Origin: Roseibacillus sp.
GTDB taxonomy: Bacteria > Verrucomicrobiota > Verrucomicrobiia > Verrucomicrobiales > Akkermansiaceae
Direction of reading: 5' to 3'
NCBI GenBank assembly: GCA_051251855.1
Contig: JBPOGI010000003.1
Coordinates: 192,001 to 256,000 of the forward strand
DNA: 64,000 nt
Numbering within the stretch: the first letter of the stretch is position 1; every line of letters begins with the position of its first letter. Of this stretch, positions 56,634 to 64,000 are shown piece after piece. The notes below the pieces were generated by a model that saw only the letters and a program-made list of their open reading frames with translations, did no database searches and was not told where the DNA came from. The translations under genes and the position numbers were made by a program.

Positions 56634-57521
56634 ATGAAAGTGAACAAAGAAGTGTTTCAAGAGTTGGGGGCGTTTTTATTGGTTGGCATTGCGGTGTGTG
56701 CGGTGCTGATGTTTTCGAGTTGTGGATCTCATGCCCCTGTTGCTCCAGCAGCGGCTCCCTCAGTTGCGGTTGAGCCAGTGGGGTCGAGTAGCGCGTCTAC
56801 AGAAGGTCTGCGAAGTGGAGATTTTGAGGTCAGCAAGTCGAGGATTGACTCGGTGCTCAACAATCCCAAACGACGTCCTGGATTGGGAACGGGATGGGGT
56901 GAGCGCATTTCCTCTTCGTTGGGAAATACTCATTTCGTTCGCGAGAACGACCGGCCTTATGGCGGGGTGGGGATGATCTATTACAACGATAAGGAGGGGG
57001 TGGATGCCATGGCAGGTCGTTTCAAGAATAAGACCTCCGCCTTTCAAAAGGCCGCAAATGGTGCTGTCGAGTGGGGAGTGAAGAGTGGGTGGGGTTCACC
57101 TGATCACTACATGTCGGGTTCACGCCGTTATGTGGTGGGGAAGAAGGGGCGTAACTATTCTTTGGTGGTTCGCAATGTGAGCGATAGTCGCCTCGAGGTG
57201 GTATTGTCGGTGGATGGTCTTGATGTCATGGATGGCAAGGCGGCGAGCTTTAAGAAGCGGGGCTATATCATGGCTCCTGGAGAGGAGCTCTTAGTGAAGG
57301 GATTTCGCACCAGTTATGATGCGGTGGCGGCATTCAAGTTTTCTACCGTAGACTCCAGCTATTCGAATCTGCGCCATGGTGAGACGAGAGATGTGGGTGT
57401 GATTGGTTTGGTTGTCTTTGCAGAGAAGGGGCGCTCGCCTTTCCGTTACTCGACCCAAGAAGTGAGTCAGCGAAATGATGCTCGTGCATTTGCCGATGCT
57501 CCGTTGCGAACCGTGCGATAA
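56634..57521 (+). CDS. Conserved hypothetical lipoprotein
   Basis: FSSC lipobox-like site; VVLSVDGLDVMDGK..RGYI..VKGFR..VGVIGLVVF. Confidence 0.7.
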   Translation: MKVNKEVFQELGAFLLVGIAVCAVLMFSSCGSHAPVAPAAAPSVAVEPVGSSSASTEGLRSGDFEVSKSRIDSVLNNPKRRPGLGTGWGERISSSLGNTHFVRENDRPYGGVGMIYYNDKEGVDAMAGRFKNKTSAFQKAANGAVEWGVKSGWGSPDHYMSGSRRYVVGKKGRNYSLVVRNVSDSRLEVVLSVDGLDVMDGKAASFKKRGYIMAPGEELLVKGFRTSYDAVAAFKFSTVDSSYSNLRHGETRDVGVIGLVVFAEKGRSPFRYSTQEVSQRNDARAFADAPLRTVR

Positions 57522-57552
57522 AAAAGACAAGAGAAAGTATATAAAGAAGGAA

Positions 57553-57939
57553 ATGAAAGAGAGCGTTTTAGATCGAGTGACTGTGAACTTCCGTTGTCCC
57601 ATGAAGTGGGAAGAAATGGCGGGAAATGAGGGCGAAAAATTCTGCAATCAGTGCCGGAAGTCGGTGACGGACCTTTCCCAGATGACCAGTGAAGAAGCGG
57701 AAGGATTCATCAGAGAGCAGGGCCCTTTAGGGCAGGCTTGTGTTCGTTTTTTTCGGGATAAAGAGGGAAAGATGGTGACCAAGGGGTGTGGTGCTCCCGC
57801 CGTGGTGGGCATGAAAGTTGCTCGGACTATGGCGGCAGGAGCGGCAGCAGCAGGAAGCCTAGCAATGGCGGCATGTTCCTCGAATCAAGAGCCGATAGAA
57901 GTCCTTGGCGGGCTCGGCTGTCCTACTTTCGAAAAATAA
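57553..57939 (+). CDS. Hypothetical protein with N-terminal Cys cluster and late lipobox
   Basis: CPMKWEEM..FCNQCRKSVTDLS..CVRF; AAAAGSLAMAAC near the C-terminus. Confidence 0.65.
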   Translation: MKESVLDRVTVNFRCPMKWEEMAGNEGEKFCNQCRKSVTDLSQMTSEEAEGFIREQGPLGQACVRFFRDKEGKMVTKGCGAPAVVGMKVARTMAAGAAAAGSLAMAACSSNQEPIEVLGGLGCPTFEK

Positions 57940-57943
57940 TTTT

Positions 57944-58084
57944 ATGAAAACAACGATGATGATCGCAGCGATGGCTGCAGCGGCTTTTGTCGCGGGAGTG
58001 TTGGTGAGTTGTGCTCCTTCGGGTGGACAAGCGCCTCAGCAGGTGGCCCCAGTGGCGCCAGTTGGTTACACCATTGGAAAGTAG
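57944..58084 (+). CDS. Small 46-aa lipoprotein (not in ORF track)
   Basis: MKTTMMIAAMAAAAFVAGVLVSCAPSGGQAPQQVAPVAPVGYTIGK, starts 4 nt after the upstream stop. Confidence 0.65.
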   Translation: MKTTMMIAAMAAAAFVAGVLVSCAPSGGQAPQQVAPVAPVGYTIGK

Positions 58085-58153
58085 TCATTTGGCTCTACTG
58101 TAAAGTGAGTTCAACCAAGGGAGAGTGGGGAACCGCTCTCCCTTTTTCTTTGG

Positions 58154-58798
58154 TTAAGGGTTTTCTCGAGGGAGTTGTTTCATCAGTCCAGGAGCAGTGA
58201 GGGAGTAGACGTCGAAGCCGCTCGCTTGCAGACCTTTTGCGGTCCATGCGTTACAGCTACGAGGAAAGTAGTAGCTTTGGTTGGCGCGAAAGAAGGAACT
58301 CTTTCCGTATCGGCCAGGACCAAGGTTGATGAGGTTCCCGTTCTCATCTTTTTTGAAGGTGTCGGCTAGGAACTTGCCGAGGTTTTTTGTTTCTGCCAGG
58401 TCGATGGTGAGAAGGCGAATGGGGGCGTAGTGGTAGTGACGATGAATGGGAGGTTCTTGTGCAACGACATGAACGACGCCAGGGGTGGGATAGCAGAGAG
58501 CGCTGAATACGAGAGGAGCAGTGATGTCTACTGAACGATAGAAGCCTTCGTCTCCCCAGCCAAACTCGAGCCATTCGTCAGTGAGGCCGTGGCAAAGGTG
58601 GGGTAGGTGCTCGCGAAGGGATTCTGCGGGAAGAGAAAGGCCGGTATGATAACCGTGAGAAAAGACAAGGAGGGGTGTTTCCTCAGCAGAACGCTTCCAA
58701 GTGAAGGGTTGCTGAGGAGTTGCCTCAGGAGGAGTGATGAGCCAACTGCAAGAGGGTAAGAGAGCGAGGGCTGGGGTCGCTAGCCAAGGGTATCTCAT
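58154..58798 (-). CDS. DUF2459 family lipoprotein
   Basis: HGYHTGL, EFGWGDEGFY, SCNAWTAKGL. Confidence 0.8.
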   Translation of the reverse strand: MRYPWLATPALALLPSCSWLITPPEATPQQPFTWKRSAEETPLLVFSHGYHTGLSLPAESLREHLPHLCHGLTDEWLEFGWGDEGFYRSVDITAPLVFSALCYPTPGVVHVVAQEPPIHRHYHYAPIRLLTIDLAETKNLGKFLADTFKKDENGNLINLGPGRYGKSSFFRANQSYYFPRSCNAWTAKGLQASGFDVYSLTAPGLMKQLPRENP

Positions 58799-58851
58799 GA
58801 GCCGTTCAAGCTCTCATGAATACACTCTTATGAAAAGCTAAAAAAACAGCA

Positions 58852-59292
58852 TTAAGAGTTTTTGCTAGTTCGATAGGCGCGTGCGAGGCACCCAGCTCCG
58901 GCTGCGATCATCACAAAAATCAAGAGTAGACTAGTGGTCTTCATATTGAGGACAAAACGAATACGGCTGAGGATTTCGATGACGATGATAGCCAATCCGG
59001 AAGTTGCCAGCCACCAAGCCCACTTCTTGGTAGCATCGTAGAAGAGGACGGCAGCGCCGATGAGGAAAGGAACAAAGATGATGCCCATTGAGGTGGTCGT
59101 ACCCATCCCTCCACGCCTGCCCATCATGCCGGAGACGGCACCGAAGTCGCCACTGACTACTCGAACAGAATCTAACAAGAGATAGAGTCCGACAGCACAA
59201 AGGGTAAGTCCTCCTCCGGTAAGAAAGAGCGTCTCGCCACCTTCGGTGCCGCCGGGTTTGAGATTGGGGGAAGGGGATTGGTTCTCACTCAT
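58852..59292 (-). CDS. Membrane hypothetical protein
   Basis: GGTEGG then four hydrophobic segments. Confidence 0.7.
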   Translation of the reverse strand: MSENQSPSPNLKPGGTEGGETLFLTGGGLTLCAVGLYLLLDSVRVVSGDFGAVSGMMGRRGGMGTTTSMGIIFVPFLIGAAVLFYDATKKWAWWLATSGLAIIVIEILSRIRFVLNMKTTSLLLIFVMIAAGAGCLARAYRTSKNS

Positions 59293-60382
59293 TTATTTTT
59301 GATTCTTCAATGTTTGCCCAGCGGACTGCGAGCAACTCTTCGATTAATACCCCTCGCTCGCCCTTTGCATTTTTGGGGAATTTGACCCTGAGAAAGAGGG
59401 GTTCGGGCATTCCGCTGCCAGACCGTTGTACTATTCGAAAGTGGTTAGCCATTCGCAAACCAGAGGGGCTGTCACGCTCGATGTAACCAAAAAGAAACTC
59501 ATCATTGTCGCGGAAGGTCAGCTTGATGCACTGGTATTTGCTGCTGTCGGAGAACTCGTAGACGTAGAAATTATCTGGTTTTGCGAATACGCGAAGGTCT
59601 ACGGAATGGCTGGGTTTTTCTGCCACGTAATCATCAATGTCGACTGGCTGGTAGCAGGCATCGGACTCCCAATCGATGGTGATGTTGAGATCAGTATCGG
59701 CTTCGGCGAGAAAGATCTTGTTCGAACTATCTGGAAAAGAAGAAGTGAGAATGACGAACGAACTGGATTCGATGGGAAGAGCATACTGACTTATCAGCTT
59801 AGCCCCTTCTTTGGGAATGAGAGGTTGATCTTTGTAGTGGTCTCTCATGAGGGGTTCCACCCGCTCGGGTTGGCGAACAAAGACCAATTTTTCTTCAATC
59901 GTACTAGCAGAGGTGTAGCTTTCTAGCGCTTCTGTCAGGGCCTCGACGATGTCGCGCGCTTCTTCTTTCTCTTGGAGGGTTGACTGCAGATTAGCGCGCG
60001 AGCGGTCTTGCATGGAGTGAAGGGAATTACGGTCCCGTCCACCGAGGGCTAGGAAAACACCCGCTGCTAGAAGGAGAAGGAAGGCCGCGACAGCTAGGAA
60101 AAAGATGACAGGAGGAATTCGCAGGGGCGCCGCTGGTTGCGAAGAGGCAGTGGATTCTGCATCCGCCTCTGGGGGTGAGTTTTCTTTGGAAAGAAGTGAG
60201 GGGGACTCACCACCGTCGAGATCGCGAGCGATGGCGTTGGCTTCATGGGTTCGACGAAGATTGGCCTTCTTTCGTGGGGCGGGTGTCTTTTGAGCCTCCC
60301 CGCCAAGACGATGAACGGAGTCGTTCTCGTCAACGACTTTCAGTTGGGGTTTCTTCCGGCCTCTGTGATTTTCCTCCGCCAC
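59285..60382 (-). CDS. Single-pass membrane hypothetical protein
   Basis: 365-aa ORF with one hydrophobic segment; overlaps next gene start. Confidence 0.7.
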   Translation of the reverse strand: MAEENHRGRKKPQLKVVDENDSVHRLGGEAQKTPAPRKKANLRRTHEANAIARDLDGGESPSLLSKENSPPEADAESTASSQPAAPLRIPPVIFFLAVAAFLLLLAAGVFLALGGRDRNSLHSMQDRSRANLQSTLQEKEEARDIVEALTEALESYTSASTIEEKLVFVRQPERVEPLMRDHYKDQPLIPKEGAKLISQYALPIESSSFVILTSSFPDSSNKIFLAEADTDLNITIDWESDACYQPVDIDDYVAEKPSHSVDLRVFAKPDNFYVYEFSDSSKYQCIKLTFRDNDEFLFGYIERDSPSGLRMANHFRIVQRSGSGMPEPLFLRVKFPKNAKGERGVLIEELLAVRWANIEESKINE

Positions 60383-60451
60383 GTTCCTTAATGATGTCTG
60401 AAAAACTCGTGTTAGGCAACCCTGCGCCCCGATAGAACCGTCTTTCTACTA

Positions 60452-61555
60452 ATGGGTAGGCTTCCACGAATCTTGATCGTGACCGCCGGTTACGGTGAGG
60501 GTCATAATAGCGCCGCGCGAGGTTTGGCTGCCGCGTTGGAAGGCCGTGCCGAAGTGTTGGTGACGGATCCTTGTGCTGAGGGTGCTCCGGAATTGAATGA
60601 GGTCTTGCGAAGAGGCTATCGCACAATGACCACCTATTCGCCGGCCATTTGGGACTGGGTCTATCGAGCGGCCGAGCGCCATGACTTTACGAAGGAAACC
60701 TTTGACGTGTTGCGCAAGCCAGAGGGGGCGCTGGCGGAGAAAGTGGAACAGTTTCAGCCTGATGGCATTATTTCGACTTATCCCCTGTATCCATATTTTA
60801 CGGAGAGATTGCGCAAACGTGGGAAATGGAAGGGTAAAGTCTTCACTGTGGTTACGGATTCGATAAATATTAACAATGCATGGTTACAAGCGCCGACCGA
60901 CTACTGGTTGGTGACAGATGGGCTGACGCGGCGAATGATGGTGGGGCGGGGGATTCCCGAGGAAAAGGTCGTGGAGACGGGATTCCCTGTTTCGCCTGTG
61001 TTCCGAGCACTGAATCCTTTGACCTCCAGGTCATCGACGGACCCATTCAAAGTTCTTTATTTTACAACGGGCAGAAAGCCTCAAATCTCATCCGTAGGGC
61101 ATCCGGTACTGGAGTGTCCTGGAACTCACCTCACATTGATTCTAGGGAGTAATGTGCGTCGGCTCTACCGCTCCGCTCGGGAATTGGAGGCCAAATATCC
61201 GGGGCGAGTCCGGATATTGGGATGGTCGCGTAAGATTCCGACCCACCTCTGCCAGCACCATCTTGCCATTGGCAAAGCGGGTGGAGCGACCGTGCACGAG
61301 TGTATCGCGGCCTCAACGCCAATGCTGATTCATCACTTGGTACCGGGTCAGGAAGAGGGAAATCTGGAACTTTTGCGCTCAATCGGTGGAGGTGACCTTG
61401 CTGATAGTCCAGAAAAACTGAAATTAAAGCTACAAGAGCTGCTTGCCAACGACTGCAAGGGATGGAAACGTTGGAAGCGTAACCTCGCTAAAGCATCGCG
61501 GCCCCAGTCCGCGACTATCACCGCACAATTTGTGCTGGAGAAGTTGGCAGAGTAA
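60452..61555 (+). CDS. MGDG synthase/UgtP-like glycosyltransferase (GT28)
   Basis: TAGYGEGHNSAA, VVTD, KAGGATVHE, PGQEEGN. Confidence 0.85.
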   Translation: MGRLPRILIVTAGYGEGHNSAARGLAAALEGRAEVLVTDPCAEGAPELNEVLRRGYRTMTTYSPAIWDWVYRAAERHDFTKETFDVLRKPEGALAEKVEQFQPDGIISTYPLYPYFTERLRKRGKWKGKVFTVVTDSININNAWLQAPTDYWLVTDGLTRRMMVGRGIPEEKVVETGFPVSPVFRALNPLTSRSSTDPFKVLYFTTGRKPQISSVGHPVLECPGTHLTLILGSNVRRLYRSARELEAKYPGRVRILGWSRKIPTHLCQHHLAIGKAGGATVHECIAASTPMLIHHLVPGQEEGNLELLRSIGGGDLADSPEKLKLKLQELLANDCKGWKRWKRNLAKASRPQSATITAQFVLEKLAE

Positions 61556-61563
61556 AATCGATT

Positions 61564-62166
61564 ATGAAAAAAGCGGCCCTTGTTGATATCGGAAACGTCA
61601 TTCTTCACGTGGACTTTAAGACTTCGTTGCGGCGGCTTGTGCCACCTGAATTAGCTGACCCAGTAGGGCGTATTTATTCTCTTCTTGAGAAGAAAGATGA
61701 TTTCGAAGCAGGGAAGGTTTCTGACCAAGACTTTGTCACGTGGGCAAGTGGGAAACTTCAGTTCGAGGGAAGTGGAGAGGAATTCGTAGCGGCTTGGAAT
61801 GATATCTTTAGCCCCAATATGCCTATGTGGGAGACGCTGCGTGATCTCAAGTCACGGGGCTTTCAGCTCATCTTGTTCAGTAACACTAACCAGATGCATG
61901 CCGACTTTTTTCTCAAAGAGTATGCTGAGGTCTTTGACCTGTTTGAGGGGCAGGTGTTTTCGCATCAAGCAGGCGCGGTGAAGCCAGACCCTGCTATCTA
62001 CCATCATGCCTTCGAGAAATACGACTTGGTTCCTGAGGACACGCTCTACTTTGATGATCTACCCGAGAATATCACCACGGGCTTACAGCTGGGCTTGAAA
62101 GCTTGGCGCTATCGGGCGGATAGCCATGAAGCCCTCACCAAATGGCTGGTGGAGACTCTAGATTGA
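61564..62166 (+). CDS. HAD family phosphatase (YihX-like)
   Basis: DIGNV, SNTN, KPDPAIY, FDDLPEN. Confidence 0.85.
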   Translation: MKKAALVDIGNVILHVDFKTSLRRLVPPELADPVGRIYSLLEKKDDFEAGKVSDQDFVTWASGKLQFEGSGEEFVAAWNDIFSPNMPMWETLRDLKSRGFQLILFSNTNQMHADFFLKEYAEVFDLFEGQVFSHQAGAVKPDPAIYHHAFEKYDLVPEDTLYFDDLPENITTGLQLGLKAWRYRADSHEALTKWLVETLD

Positions 62167-62192
62167 TCAGCAGCTGAGCAGAGCATGCCTTG

Positions 62193-62804
62193 TTAGGCAG
62201 GTGAGGCATCGGACTTGCGACGAATGCGCTGCCAACCTTTCTGGAAGAGGGAGCTCGATTTCCAGACCAGCCATCCGGCTGCGAGCACTACTAGGAGGAA
62301 GAAAAAGAAGGCAGGGATAGGAGCAAATGCCATGAGTCCCAAACCTCCCAAGACGAGACCATCTTCGGCGGTGCTGGCTGCAATGTTAGAAACAGGTTCG
62401 GGAGAGAGGTTGATGAATAAGCGTCCGCCAGCTTTCGCTAAATGAGTGGTGAGAGAGGTTCCGCCAGCAAGGAGTGCGGCAATCACAGAGATGGCGGGGT
62501 CCAGTTCGCCCAAGGCGGCAAGAGCTAGTAGGACACCACCAATGGGTCGAACGATGGTGTGGACGAGATCCCACGTCGAATCTACCCAGGGGATCTTGTC
62601 GGCGAAAAACTCGATAGTGAACAGCACGCCAGAGACCCCAATGACCCAAGGGTCGGCGAGGATTTCAAGTTGCTCGTATTTACTTGCGAGAGAAAGCCAG
62701 TCGAAGCGAATGGCTAAGCCTGCGATGAAGGTGGTGAGATAGAGGTTGATCCCGGCCAAAGTGGCAAAGCCGAGCGCGACCCCCAATTGTTCAAGGATGT
62801 CCAT
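62193..62804 (-). CDS. DUF4126 family membrane protein
   Basis: AGINLY, EFFADKIPWVDSTWD, PEPVSN..STAED. Confidence 0.85.
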   Translation of the reverse strand: MDILEQLGVALGFATLAGINLYLTTFIAGLAIRFDWLSLASKYEQLEILADPWVIGVSGVLFTIEFFADKIPWVDSTWDLVHTIVRPIGGVLLALAALGELDPAISVIAALLAGGTSLTTHLAKAGGRLFINLSPEPVSNIAASTAEDGLVLGGLGLMAFAPIPAFFFFLLVVLAAGWLVWKSSSLFQKGWQRIRRKSDASPA

Positions 62805-62882
62805 GTGTGCTAAAGTAGAACGATCTAAGGGGGCCGGCGATTCGAAAAAAGAAGGGGCTTTGTAGTCGCGAGTGTCCCCACC

Positions 62883-64000
62883 CTATTTTTCGAAGAGCGC
62901 TTGGACGGCGTTCAAGTAGTAGTCGATGGGGCCGGGGTAAGAGGGGTTTTCGGTTTCGAGCTCCTTTTTGAGGCGCTGATAGTCGCGAAATTCGCCAGTG
63001 AGCTGGGTGGCATTGGCGATTTGATACCAATCCAGATAGTCGCGAGTGCGTTCGCCGACTTGCTTGAGAATGGCGCGCTTTTCTTCTAAAATCGTGAGCA
63101 GCTCGACGAGGTCCGCTTCATCACCAGCCGCGAGCTGCCTGATGATGCGGATGTAGCCAGAGAGAATGTCGCGATAGGAGGGAAAGCATCGAAAGGAAAG
63201 GAGGCTTACGCGCTCGAGCATTGGAGAGAGGATGAGGTTTCGGTCTTCTTCGGGCAGAGCCAGAATATCCTGAAAAGCAATCAGGCGATAGACACGCCCT
63301 TCTCCATTGCCGCTGTCTAAGGTGCCTTGGAGGACTTCGGAGAGGGCTATCTCGGTCTCAAGCGGGGTGAGGGTTTCGCTGACGAACTCTTGGGTGAGGT
63401 TGGCCAGTTGCAAGGCCCACTGCTTGGCGAGTCCTTCTTCAGAGAGGCCCATCGTGAAGAAGCTATTTCGGAAAAGAAGAAACTGTTCTCCCTCGTAAGC
63501 TGGGGCGGTGGCGAGATAGTCGAGAAAGGTTTTCGAACCTCCGTTTTGATTCACAATAGACATGAAAAAAGCACCCGCCGAGATGCGAAACGCGGTGCGC
63601 TCGGCAGCATCAAGTTTGGATAGATCTTCCAGAGTGACCATCCTTTCGATGTCCATCATCATGTTGTTACTAAAGAGCGCTTTGTAGAGTCCACGGTCTG
63701 CCTCGCCGTCTCGCCACGCCATTCTCTCTAACATGCCGGTGATGATCCAAGGGGCGACTTTGACTCTTTGATCGTCGCGGAGGTCTTTGCTGAGGCAGCT
63801 GTCCATCAAGAGGCACTCCAACGCTTTCTCGCGAAGAAATTGACGGTTGATTCCTTTGGACATATCGAGGTTGAGCTCGATGCGAAAGCGATCTGACCCT
63901 TCGACCTTTCGGCGCTGAATAGCGAAAGGGCGTTTCTGAGGGGGAGATCCCATACGGCCAAACAGAGTGATGAAGAAGTCGTTGCGCAGGGGGAAGAGGT
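62883..64000 (-). CDS. Hypothetical protein, partial at right edge
   Basis: Frame stays open from the tracked ATG 63953 to the window edge. Confidence 0.7.
   Translation of the reverse strand, partial: LFPLRNDFFITLFGRMGSPPQKRPFAIQRRKVEGSDRFRIELNLDMSKGINRQFLREKALECLLMDSCLSKDLRDDQRVKVAPWIITGMLERMAWRDGEADRGLYKALFSNNMMMDIERMVTLEDLSKLDAAERTAFRISAGAFFMSIVNQNGGSKTFLDYLATAPAYEGEQFLLFRNSFFTMGLSEEGLAKQWALQLANLTQEFVSETLTPLETEIALSEVLQGTLDSGNGEGRVYRLIAFQDILALPEEDRNLILSPMLERVSLLSFRCFPSYRDILSGYIRIIRQLAAGDEADLVELLTILEEKRAILKQVGERTRDYLDWYQIANATQLTGEFRDYQRLKKELETENPSYPGPIDYYLNAVQALFEK

Overview
Bacterial chromosomal window, most likely Verrucomicrobiota (Verrucomicrobiaceae/Roseibacillus-like; inferred from gene families, sulfatases, a Verru_Chthon-type protein and an ECF-kinase pair). 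1-14.2 kb is a nearly complete nucleotide/purine catabolism cluster: single-chain fused XdhAB, allE, allB, allC, uraH, add, uraD, xdhC, puuD, class B acid phosphatase and malate synthase. The rest mixes housekeeping genes (mgtE, DAHP synthase, selB, sppA, ruvX, pyrF, SRP RNA) with accessory genes (ABC exporters, CarF-type desaturase, sulfatases, ECF sigma plus Ser/Thr kinase). Strongest signals missed by the ORF track: (1) an exported thioredoxin-like/SHD1 protein with an in-frame TGA in a UxxC motif followed by a SECIS-like hairpin, 7 kb from selB (candidate selenoprotein); (2) three MITE-like elements with unrelated terminal repeats sharing one internal core; (3) a leader peptide plus attenuator ahead of a heterodimeric ABC exporter; (4) an internally deleted rimK remnant. 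All calls come from reading the sequence; no searches were run.
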